Assembly: GCA_964016885.1 (NCBI GenBank)
Contig: OZ024742.1
Span: 207,948,001 to 208,012,000, forward strand
Source: Eledone cirrhosa
Taxonomy: Eukaryota
Direction of reading: 5' to 3'
DNA: 64,000 nt
Shown: positions 13,065 through 25,164 of the stretch, in pieces
Position numbering within the stretch: position 1 is the stretch's first letter
Layout: the number at the start of each line of letters is the position of its first letter
Program-made: the position numbers and the translations under genes
Notes under the pieces: model-generated
The model's input: the letters and a program-made list of their open reading frames with translations, nothing else
Told to the model about the DNA's origin: nothing
Databases searched by the model: none

Positions 13065-13940
13065 CTTCTGTCAACTTCCTAGACATCTCTATAATTATTT
13101 AGCCCTCCAAACATACCCTAGTCACCTCCACCTATTTCAAGCCTTCTGATTCCCACGCCTACCTCGACCCTTTACACCCCAACCACACAAAGCATTCCAA
13201 CCCCAAATTCACAAAGTACTACGTCTACGCCGCCTGTGTAGTCGAACCTACGATTTTGAGATTCAGTCTCATTACATGGCCAGACTTTTCATAAAACGTG
13301 TATACTCCCTACTCTGACCCAGGCCGCCCTCACCCGTGACCGTCGCGTCGATCGCGCCACTGCTCTTACTCCACGCCACCGCCCCCTACCTGCCACCCTT
13401 TTACCGTGCCCCTCCAGAAGACGATCCTCGGTCTTTTCCACCGCCTACAGTCTAATTCCTCCACCTCAACCTTTTTCCCCTCCCAACCTCCCTGTATTTA
13501 AGCGCGCACGTAACCTTCGCAACCTCCTCATCTGCCGCGCCCTTAATCCCCCCAACAATTGTAATGGATCCCACCCGTGTTCCTAACCCCGCTGCCATAC
13601 ATGCAGCACTATCTCCTACAACTCCACCCTTTTCCATCCCCATAACATGTCCTTCCGGGTTAGGATCTCCTTCAGCTACACCTCTACCAGCCTTGTCTAT
13701 GGGCTCCTTTGTACTCTGTGTGGAGCTATCTACCTTGGTCAGACTGGCCGTCGTCTGAGTGACAGATTTGCTGAACATCTTTGGGACATCCCGGTCGGCA
13801 ACCCGACTCCAATCCGACGACAATTTCGATCCGCCGGCCACTCCACACGCCACCTCAGTGTCTTCGGGCTCACACATTGTGCCGGACCCCCTGATTCGCG
13901 CTGAAGGTGGGAACAGTAACTTATTTTCGCCTTACAAATC
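12808..13940 (+). mobile_element. C-rich PLE family copy (RT + GIY-YIG remnants) interrupted by (CT)n
   Basis: ELYGRYSDGCIG (YIDD decayed), FHPTIEFT, LVYGLLCTLCGAIYLGQTGRRLSDRFAEHL. Confidence 0.85.
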
Positions 13941-14423
13941 TTTTTTACCCCTCACCTTATGCGCCACCCATTTTCCTTTACTCTGCTCTGTTATATACTC
14001 CCTATCACACACTATACTACGTTCTTTATCCTATGACACATACTCGTTAATACATACACGCACACACGCTTACATACATATCACAGATACCTTTTACGTA
14101 CACATTTTAAACTTCAACATTCAGACACACGTTATAACTTATCATATTATCAAAATTGACAGAACCAGAAAAATCTGGGACGATTTGATAAATTCCGACC
14201 CTACACACTTACACCTCTCTAAGACAATGTCACTGAACCGAGATCTTTGGCGCTACGCAGTAATACAGAAAACCCTCCTTGCCTAAGTACAAAGTGAACC
14301 TACAGTCAGTAGGCACCTCTTTCTACGGTTGTTATATATTTGATATATATTTATCCTTATAGAGCCCTCTTTGGATTTTAGTCTTCAAATTTATTATTAT
14401 TACTATATATATATATATATATT

Positions 14424-14555
<132 letters not shown>

Positions 14556-14611
14556 TGTATGTATATATATATGTACATATATATATATATGTACATGTAT
14601 ATACATATATT

Positions 14612-14682
<71 letters not shown>

Positions 14683-14849
14683 GTATATACATATATATAG
14701 TGTATCATTTTCAATTACCATTGCTTAGTTTCTCATATTGGATGGATTTTTCATTTTACATATATTACAAATGAACGCTTAGACAAACGTACACATATTC
14801 AGGAACATATAAATATATAAATTAGCATATAAATATATATATCATAAGG

Positions 14850-15070
14850 AAATGTAAGCTATCGCCGTATTTTGACTAAAGAAATTAAAGAAATTATTTA
14901 GCCTGTTAGTGGGGGTTAAGAACCCTCGGAGAAATGGAAAAAGATGAGTATTGACATAGATGTACGTCAATACTCATCTTTTTCCATTTCTCCGAGGGTT
15001 CTTAACCCCACTAACAGGCTAAATAATTTCTTTAATTTCTTTAGTCAAAATACGGCGATAGCTTACATTT
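14850..15070. repeat. Near-perfect palindrome, ~105 bp arms, 10 nt loop
   Basis: aaatgtaagctatcgcc...gtattgac|atagatgtac|gtcaatac...ggcgatagcttacattt; one indel. Confidence 0.95.
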
Positions 15071-15114
15071 CTAATAATTTCAAACCCACTCGCTGGTTCG
15101 AAAATATTCTTACT

Positions 15115-15149
<35 letters not shown>

Positions 15150-16173
15150 TATACTAATTTATATATTAATATGTTTCTGAATATGTACATAACGATCTGA
15201 ATATATACACAACGATCTGAATATATACTAATTTATATACTAATTTATATATTTATATGTTCCTGAATATGTACACAACGATCTGAATATGTACACATCG
15301 ATCCCACACCAATACGGACTAGAAGCAATACGATTCTGGCTAGAGAAATATCCCAATGAGATACCTGGCAGAATAGAAAAAAGCTTCATCACCGAGGGAT
15401 TAAAATTCATCTCACAGAACAACTTTTTTGATTTCGATGGCAGTACTTACAAGCTAATATCGGGGACTGCGATGGGCACAGAAGCCGTTCCAACTCATGC
15501 CAACTTAGTCATGGCATACTTAGAAGTCCAGATATATGAACAGTCCAAATCAAAATACGGATTGAACTTCCACAAATATTTATCAGAGAATTGGAAACGC
15601 TACGTCGATGATTGTCTCATTCTTTGGTCCCACACACTCGATCAACTGAAGGATTTCAAAAAACTTAATAAACGGCATCAATAACCACATCCAATTCACT
15701 ATGGAATACAGCCAAGATCAACTCCCATTTCTGGACATCTTAATCTTAAAAAAAGACACGAATATTGAAACTGACATACACTACAAACCAACAGATTCCA
15801 AACAATACCTGCTATTCACCTCCAACCATCCAAAGCACACGAAGACGAACATTCCTTTTAAGCTAGCAAGAAGAATGTGCACAATTGTCTCCAATTATGA
15901 AACGCGAAATAAAAGATTTCAAAAATTAAATGAAATTCTACTCGAAAGAGAGTACCCACCATTACTAATAAATAATGGAATAGAAAGGGCTAAAGCAATA
16001 GGCATTGATCAATTACGAAAACAGAAACAAATTCAAGGTACGTCCAATATTTTATCATATATCTCAACACACAACCCAAGAAATGCGGAAGCTTACAACA
16101 CTATTCACAAGAACATCCCACTACTAAAACAAAATCCAAAAATGAAAAAAGCCCTTGAAACACACAAAATAAT

Positions 16174-16352
16174 TGTTTCTACTTTAGGCACAAGGCCAGC
16201 AATTATCCAGTACATTACTGGTACTTTATTTTATCGACCCCGAAGGCAAAGTCAACCTCGGCGGGATTTGAACTCAGATCGCAAAGGCACGTAACTATGC
16301 TGGAAAGTATGGCGTCCGACCCTCTACCGATACTGCCAATCCACCGCCCTTT
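16174..16352 (-). mobile_element. tRNA-derived SINE (Meta/MESC-like central domain) inserted in the PLE ORF with 16 bp TSD
   Basis: aaacacacaaaataat at 16158-16173 and 16353-16368; A-box tggcagtatcggtag, B-box gagttcaaatccc. Confidence 0.92.
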
Positions 16353-17027
16353 AAACACACAAAATAATCAAAAGTAAAAGACAACCGAAATCACTGAAAA
16401 CATTACTCACCAATGCTAAATTACCTACCACAAACCTACAACCAACTGTCAAAAAATGTGGTCGCTCTAATTGTGGAACCTGCACTCACCTCATTGAAGG
16501 CAACACGTATACATTTCAATCAGGACAACATTTTTATGTAAAAAATCACTTCACTTGCTCATCAAAAAATCTAGTTTATGCCATTAAATGCAATGAAGAT
16601 TATATAGGACAAACTAAACTCACACTCAGAAACAGAATGACAGTTCATCGCCAACAATTACGAGATCCAACCACGAGACAGATACCACTAAGCGCATATC
16701 TAGACATATGCGCAAGTAATAAGACACCCAAATTCCAAGTCTTCCCATTTTACCTTTGCGTTAACAATACAACAGAACAGATACGAATAAATAAGGAAAA
16801 TATGTTTATTCCAAAAATATAGACCAGCATTAAATATGGTTTAATATACTTTATGTCAACACCATAACATGCTAACCATCCAAACATACACATACACACA
16901 CACACACATAACACCTTCTACTTTAGAAAATAAAAACCCGAACTAAATAAACCTTAACATAAGTTTACACTGACAATACAATAGAACAAATACGAATAAG
17001 TAAGGAAAATATGTTCATTCAAAAATA

Positions 17028-17350
17028 TTCCTACTAAAGGAATCTTTTTCCTACACACACACAATATATATATATATATATTCTCTTCATCTTAACATGC
17101 TATGTGTGAGGGAGGATGCTCCCATGCACACACATAACAACCCCCACCCCCATACACACACTACTCCCTCCCCCATTTCTACTAATAGAATCACTTTCCT
17201 ACACACATACATACACACACACAAAATATATATATTCTCTCCATCTTAACATACTCCCCCCCACACACACACAACTCCCATATATACACACACACAACTC
17301 CCTCCCCCATTTCTACTAATAGAATCATCTTCCAATACACACACACACAC
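17028..17350. repeat. About 3 degenerate tandem units in the PLE 3' region
   Basis: Recurring ttctactaatagaatc..ttcctacacaca and tattctctccatcttaacat. Confidence 0.6.
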
Positions 17351-18069
17351 AAGCACACAAATAAACATACACTTCTTTACTTTCTTTACTTCAATAGAAA
17401 ATCTGAATTCTGACACCCCAGCGAACTAACCATATTCACTGAACCAGAACAATTCTCCCATCCCATTTCTATTGACCATTATCTTTTGCTTGTCATAAAA
17501 TTCTCTAAAAAGGCTACAGAATAGATTTCCAAATAAGGGCGCGAAAATTTAATGAAAACTTATTCACGTGACAGCCATAATTTCCTTTATAACCAATCAA
17601 ATTACGTTTATTAAAAAAAAGCCTCGTGAGCCCCCTTTTTTTTAAGTAAAAAGAAATTCAAACACTCATATATGAAAAAAAAACCTGTGTCCCACCCACC
17701 CTTGATTGAAGAACTTTGTAACGCGAACTGGCGCGAAATTTATTATAATTATTGACCATCAAATCAAATTACATTTCTAAAAACCTGGCATTTCGAAGCA
17801 CTTTTTTCCATATAAAACATGTAACATTCAGAGACCAATCAGATGTGAGAAAAACCACAGACCCTCCATCTCAACTCTACTTTTGTAAAGCAGAAGAACT
17901 GCGAAACCGGTAAAGGAACCAAATAATTATATATATATTTTTTTAAATAAGACTCCAGTTACATTTTCGATTTCATATTTTTTTCTTTATATATATATAT
18001 ACACATGAGATGTATAGATTTGTAGTTATTCAACCGATGAGTCATACAACGCCTACAAAAATTACTATT

Positions 18070-20440
18070 ACTACTAATAATAATAATAATGATTTATTTA
18101 TTGGCCACAAGGGCTGACATCAAGAAAAACATTACAGACGGCACAGGACGGTACGATGTGGGTGTTGTGCGTGTAAAGATTTTAATTATTTATATAAGAA
18201 AAGAAAAAAGAAAAGGACATAGAAACATATATATATATAAACAATAAAAATGAAAATTGAAACAATTAAAAATTCCCCAATACGGGGGGGGGGGGAACCT
18301 CCGAGGGTTACTCGTGGCGAAAACCACTCAAAAGACCACGGCCACCCTGACCACCAGGGCAAGCGCCCTCTCTCAATTTTTCCATTTCTCAATCTACAGG
18401 CGTATTTCACTCGGACCATTCTCGCTTCATGCACCCACCTTTCAAAAAACTTGCTAGTGAAACTTGAAAAAGTTAATTAGGGATTCGCCGAAGAGGAAAG
18501 TGGCTGTCTTTAATCCTTTCAACCTTGTCCACCACAGAATCTCTTTCGCCATGGCCACCAGGCAGATGAAAACCGCCTGCCCGTCCTCCTCGAAGGAAGA
18601 TGGCGAGACCATCTGCACAATGGACTCAGTCGATAACCGTTCAGTCCTACACGCCACAGCAACTGTTAAACATAGCTCCACAAGTCAGCAATGCTCGGGC
18701 ACTGAACAAGTGCGAGCACGACGGTTTCGTTGCTCTACGCGCATATCGGACAGGCTCGGCTGACGGCACTTCCGTGCCTGTAGAGCTTATCTCGAACGGG
18801 CAACGCTCCCCGGTAGCACTGCCAGGCCAGGGATTTTTGGAAGTTAACCATAGGCCCTGGGCTGAAAGTTCTCCGGATAAGAGCAAACAGCTGATCTTGT
18901 TCCACGCCCATTTTATCTCCGAGAACGTCGTCGCTCTTCCCTTCCACTAGTCCTCTATAGAACGCCGAGGTGGATGTTCCACCGATACTAGTGCTCAGCT
19001 GACAGAGGGCGGTGATCGCCTGGAGACATTCCAGTTTCCAAGCGCTATCCCTCGGTCTTTTCCCTACCCAGGACTTCAACTCCGTCAAGGAGACGATCTG
19101 TGGGAAAACGTGCCAGGCGAACGACGATCACACCTGTTCACTGTCAAGGAAGCACCAGAGATGTCGCAGCCTCAGCGCATGTTTGCACATCATCAGCCAT
19201 GGCATGCCCAGTCCTCCACGCAACGGGTGTTGACAGCAGATGGATCGTTTGACCATGGGAGCGCTTCCCTTCCACAAAAAGCGGAAGAGAAGGCGCTCCA
19301 TTTTGGTGAGAGTTGGGCCGGGTCAAGGGACAACGGTGAGGCGGTAGCAGATGACGAATACGATGTACGCATTCACCACCTCCGCCTGGCCTTTCAGGGA
19401 CAACTACCTCTCGGCCCATTGCTGGGTGAGGGAGGCCACCCTGCTCGTCACGTCGATCCAGATTTTCTCCATCTGGAGGTCCGGTCCGAACCAGACACCG
19501 AGCAATTTAACCGGTCCGTCGGTCCAACGCTCCACGACACTGTCGGACGGCATGGACATACCTCTTCAGGTGCCGAGCTGCAAGCCCACCGACTTTTCCT
19601 GGTTTACCTTTGCTCCTGTCACCGCTTCGTATTCCTTGAGAGCAATGCCGAGCATCTGGACCTCTCTGGTGCTCGACACCACAACGGTGAAGTCGTCGGC
19701 GTAAGCCGACTCGGATTTCCCGCATCCTAGTTCGCGTGGGACGCCCCTCATCGCCTACATTTTGTGCAGTAACGGCTCGAGAGCCAATATGTACAAGAGG
19801 GACGAGAGTGGACAACCCTGGCAGACCGAGCGCATGATGTTGAATGGCTGCGACATGTGACTGTTCGCCCTCAAAACTGAGCAAAGTCGCTAAAGCGATC
19901 CAACCCCTGAAAACGGCCCGAAACCGGCTGCCTCGAGGACCGCCGCCAGGTACCGATGGTCGACCCTGTTGAATGCGTTGTATTGATCTAAGTTGATGAA
20001 TGCCCCACCCGTACCATGTTCCTTAACCACCCTCTCTACGATGTATCGCATGTGGTGGAGGTTTTCGTGTATGGATCTGTCCGGGATGGCGCATATCTGC
20101 GCCTCTCCCACCAGACCCTCGACGACAAGTGCCAACCTCGTTGCGAACACCTTGGCCTAAATCTTGAACTCTGCGTTTAGCAGGGTTATGGGCCTGAAGT
20201 TATCGATAACATCCCCCTTGTTTGGGTCTTTTCTCAGCAGCTCCACCGCTCCCCGGCTCACAAAACTGGGAATGCTCCCGTTCTACTGCCAGTTGCAGTA
20301 GACGTCTGCCAAGAGGTCACCGAACAAGTCTGGCATAAATGCATAAAGATTGTAGGGCAGACCATCCAAACCTGGTAATTTACCCCTCATTCAGTTAGCC
20401 ATCGCTTCCCGTATTTCACCGGCTGTTATTGGCTTTTCGA
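18070..20440 (-). mobile_element. 5'-truncated L1/Tx1-like LINE (RT + C-terminal zinc finger), AATAAA and (ATT)n tail
   Basis: FRPITLLN, INLDQYNAFNRVDH, VCQGCPLSS, SAYADDFTV, KSLAWQCYRGALPV..CPIC. Confidence 0.92.
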
Positions 20441-20763
20441 TTGATGTTGAAATATATTTCTTTAATGAAATATATACAAGTAAGATTATTCCATTTATAA
20501 GGTATCTATTTTTAAAGTTCTAGTTAAACTTTAATTGGTTACCTACCTAGCTATGTGTGCTTAACATTTTTAAAAATTATTCCCTGTAATTGTTTCATAT
20601 GTTTATTTTAGATAGATATATATGTCAATCAATTTCTAGTTGATATAAAATGCTCGGATCTATTCATTGGAATCTTGGAGCATATTCTACAGTGGATGTG
20701 GCGCATGTCTCTCTGACATGACACCCTTAATTTAATTTAATTTAATTTTGTATATATATATAT

Positions 20764-23031
20764 CTACTTCCTCCCCAAACTCCACAAACCCGACAACCCC
20801 GGCTGCCCCATCGTCTCCGCCTGCAACTTCGCCACCGAACTCATCTCCGCCTTTCTTGACTCCATCCTCGCCACCCTCGTCACGACTCTCCCCTCGTCAG
20901 CTCTTCCGCCTCTTCCGACGCCTCCAGTCCGACCCCTCCGCCTCCCACATCTTCCCATCCCCACTACTCCCCTCCTTCAAGTGCGCACGCTATATCCGCA
21001 CCCTCCTCGTTCGCAGCTCCCTACCCCCCAACCCACGCTCTTCTTTCCTCCCCGGTTCCCTTCCTTGTTTCAGGCCTCGTTGCAACACCTGCCCCCACAT
21101 CACCAACACCACCACCTCCAGGGTCCGAACTGCCACTCTCTCTCTGTCCGGCACGCCTTCCGCTGCACCTCCTCCAACCTAGTCTATGAACTTCGCTGCA
21201 CGGAGTGCAGCGCAACCTACTTCGGACAGAGTGGACGTCGCCTGGCGGACCGTTTCACCGAACACCTCCGGGATATTCGTCTCGGCGGGTTTCCCCCATC
21301 GCCCGCCACTTTGGCTTCCCTGGACATTCCGCGCACCAGCTCACAGTCTGTGGCCTACTCCAATGCCACGGAACACCCGCCACCCGCCTCAGGGTCGAAC
21401 AACGCACCATCTTCAACCTACAGTCCCACACTCCTGCCGGCCTGAAGTCGCCACCCCCATTTATTTAGCCTTCGACCCCCCCCCCCACACACATATCAAC
21501 CACTAACACCACTAAAATTCTCCTCCTTTCCACCGCCCAATCCCTTCGCCCATCCCACAACTAACCATACTAACACCCCAACATCACCCCTACCACCCTC
21601 CCCCAACTAACAATACTAACATCCCCACTCCTCCCCCTATCACGCACACACCCACCGGTACATATATACACGCACTCACACTATCCACACACCCTACTAC
21701 CACCAATAACCCTCACCCACACATCCACTCCAACCATCCCACAACTAATACCACTAACATCCCCCGACCACACGCACACGAACACACACACACACCCACA
21801 CCCACTTACACCAGCCACTCTACACACCCTACCACCACTGACCCCCACTAACACGCCCGCATTCAACCCTTTCCCCACCACCAGTATACTAACGCCCACT
21901 AACACCCCTTCACCACACACACACTCATCCAAACACGCACACACACACCAGTACACTACACTCCCTCCACCGTCCCCCAGACATTTTCTCTCCCTCTCCC
22001 CGCTCCACCCACATCCCTTCACATACACACGCACACACATCCCACTAACACCTCTTCTAATACACACACCATCCCCCCCGCATGACCCCCTCCCCACTCT
22101 ACCTTTCACACCTACTCATCCTCTCCTCTGTCCACCGCATGTCCGCACACACTGAAACACTGACTTTCTCCACCTGCCATTCTCCACTACTGCCTTGACC
22201 TCTGACCACTTCTCCGTACACACAGACACACAGTCCACTCCAACTGTCATTCTCATCTACCCTCATCCTGCCTTGACCCTCTGACCACTTCCTGTTTCGG
22301 ACGCACCCCACATCTCCCCTCTTCCGACTACCACTACCACGGATTACACACCATTGGCCGTCGTTCCCACTATCTACTCCATAACATGGAAAATATCCGG
22401 CTCTCTTCACACCCTCTACGGAACTACCTTAGGTACTTACCCACGGACATACACTCACAAACATTTTTTTCGAACTACGCCACCTACATCCACAAAACGT
22501 ATAAACACCACGCACACGTGCGTACCCTCACAATATACACACTCAGCAACCCCTCTGACCCCTCCCCATGCACACACACGCACACCGACCTACATCCACC
22601 CCACACAAACAGCTTTTCCTGAACATGGATCCTCGTTCTTCCCCCAACTCTCACATTTACATACACACACACACACGTACACCTACACATATACACCACC
22701 TTCAGCCCTCCCCGCTCGGACACCCCGCCTCCCTCTCCACACTCCACCCGCCACCACCCCTACACGCCCTACAGCCTTCCACCACTTGTTTATCTTCATG
22801 TTTATTTTAATTTTATTTTTTTAATTATTATTTGCACTCCTTCCACCGCCCCACCCCCTTTTTGTAAATGTCTCTCCTCCACTCCCCTACACACCCTCGG
22901 AACTCTCTTCCCACCCACTTTTCGCCTGAAGAAGGGCTTATGCCCGAAACGCCCCCCCCCCCACTCTCAAGAGCGTGAAACTAATAAACCTTTGTTCGTA
23001 CTGCCTCTCTGTTTTGTTCCCGTTCCATTTT

Positions 23032-23035
<4 letters not shown>
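20764..23035 (+). mobile_element. C-rich PLE copy with internal RT deletion, GIY-YIG, ~1.5 kb C/A-rich 3' region and hammerhead remnant
   Basis: YFLPKLHKPDNPGCPIVSAC (RT N-part) joined to CFRPRCNTC..NLVYELRCTECSATYFGQSGRRLADRFTEHL; ends at (TA)n. Confidence 0.88.
22921..22952 (+). ncRNA. PLE hammerhead remnant (core and stem II intact, cleavage site lost)
   Basis: CTGAAGA-a-gggc(ttat)gccc-GAAA-cg, then poly-C. Confidence 0.6.
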
Positions 23036-23073
<38 letters not shown>

Positions 23074-23289
23074 TTAGTCACCTTATCCCTCTGTATATCT
23101 TTCTTCACACAATCTCTCTTACTTTCTCGCTCTATCTCTCTTTATATATGGTAGTTGAAATGGTATTGGTGGTGATGGTGATATACCGGAAGTTGAAATT
23201 TGAAATTTTACAAGACGTGAATCCTGTATTATCCAGTACATTAAATTATTTATGTTTAATCATGTGTTACAAAATTTAGAAGATACATT

Positions 23290-23460
23290 ATAGGCCAGCA
23301 ATTTTACCAGTGTATTACTGGTACTTTATTTTATCGACCCCGTAAGGATGAAAGGCAAAGTTAACCTCGGCAGGATTTGAATTCAGTCCGTAAAGGGATG
23401 TAACTCTGTGCTGCAAAGCATAGCGTCCGAGCCTCTACCGATACTGCCAATCCACCGCGC
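23290..23460 (-). mobile_element. tRNA-derived SINE
   Basis: Reverse complement of family: tactggtactttattttatcgaccccgtaaggatgaaaggcaaag. Confidence 0.9.
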
Positions 23461-23589
23461 TTATGATAAATTATATAATATTTATTCATTATATATTCAA
23501 CGGATTCCAACTTACTTTACTAACGGAATAAAATATAAACGGACACTGTGTCTCTGTCTCGCACGCACACATATATATATATATATATT

Positions 23590-23782
23590 AGGGCGGTGAA
23601 TTGGTAGTATCGGTAGAGGGTCGGACGCCATGCTTTGACGCATAGAGTTACGGCCCTTGCCATTCTGAGTTCAAATCCCGCTGAAGTTAAATTTGCCTTT
23701 CATCCTTACGGGGTCGATAAAATAAAGTACCAGTAATCTACTGGGTAATTGCTGGTCTTGTGCCAATAGTAGAAACAATTAT
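23590..23782 (+). mobile_element. tRNA-derived SINE, full length
   Basis: ggcggtgaattggtagtatcggtagag..gagttcaaatccc..gcctttcatccttacggggtcgataaaataaagtaccag..agaaacaatt. Confidence 0.92.
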
Positions 23783-23796
23783 ATATATATATATAT

Positions 23797-23837
<41 letters not shown>

Positions 23838-24699
23838 ATTTTATATATATAATATATATATATAATTTTATATATATAAAAAATTATATATATATATATA
23901 TATACATTTGTTCTCCCGAGGTATGCTAGCATCCTCCAATAGAAAAATGTTCAGAAGCTTTCCACGAAACAGTCAATAAGAAGATATTGATAACACAATA
24001 AGTTACATCTCAGAGTAATAAACATACGTTAAAGGCGTGTCAAATTGAAAGCTGGTGAAAGGGAGACAACCACAGAAGCCACTACAACAACGAAAATAAA
24101 AGTAGGTTAAATACGGTCCTGGGCCTTATCGTATATAATATCTTCCATTGGTTTCTGGGAAAACTAAATCAACAATCCAAATTGTGCAATATGCAAGTGT
24201 TTACGATTTAAAGATCGAACGCGAAGTCACTTGTCAACAGGTTTTCGTTTTCTACCATCAACTCGGTGTGAGACAGTGCCGTGATGACTGTAGTATCAGT
24301 CGCTGTGGCGGGGTTACGTGCTCTTTCTCAATGAAAGAGGAAAATTCACATCCCTGATTTATCTATATGTAAGGGGGCCGTCTCTTTCAGAGCAGAGCAT
24401 AAAGCTTTCTTATTTCATTGTACATACCAAGGAGGTTACCAGTCTGGGCACTACGCTGTATCTCTTTGCAGAGTTGCCTCCAGTGAGGTTTGAACAAAGG
24501 AATTAACTCTGTTCAACATCTACCGAATTCAAGCCCTCAACCAGGTTATCAAACAAGGACAAATAAGTAATCAATCATTAAAATCAATTAATTATTAATC
24601 TAGGAGAGAATAATAAGATTGAAAGTGAGTAAAATCGAAGTTGCAACATCAGCTAATATATGTTTATATATATATATTTCAATTTAAAAACAAAAAAAA

Positions 24700-25130
24700 T
24701 AACAATAACTAAGAAGGCAGTACAAACAGTGTTAGTATTAGGTTCACTCTTGAGAGTGGGTGGGTGGGGGGCGACGTTTCATCAGGAGAAAAGTGGGAAG
24801 GAATAGAGATCCGATGGTGTGAGGGGGAGTGGTGAACAGACATTAAAAGGGGGAATTTAAGGGGGAGGAAAAAATTTAAATGAGGGTAAAAAATGAAAGA
24901 AGTGGTGAAAGGGTGTGAGGCGTGTAGGGGTGGTGGTGGGTGGATGGAGGGGGGAGAAGGGAGAATGAGACAGGGGGTCTGAGCGGAGAGGGCGGAAGGT
25001 GGTATGTGTGTATGTGTCTAGGTGTATGTGTGTGTGTATGTGTGGATGTGAGTGTGAGAGTTTGGGGAAGAACGAGGTTCCACGTTCGGATAATAGGAAA
25101 ACCAGTGTGTACATGGGGTGGGGTGTAAGT

Positions 25131-25164
<34 letters not shown>

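Larger units (their letters stand above)
15280..17990 (+). mobile_element. 5'-truncated AT-rich Neptune-like PLE (RT, GIY-YIG, 3' region), frameshifted, with SINE insertion
   Basis: MYTSIPH, SGTAMGT, WKRYVDDCL, PFLDILI; CGRSNCGTC, NLVYAIKC..YIGQT; gcagaagaactgc-GAAA-ccgg-TA at ~17890-17915. Confidence 0.9.

Noticed and set aside
23590-23690. Possible tRNA gene
   Set aside because: A/B boxes are the head of a multi-copy SINE; no clean cloverleaf
24370-24530. Possible degenerate SINE on the minus strand
   Set aside because: Only a B-box-like word; no second copy in the window to confirm
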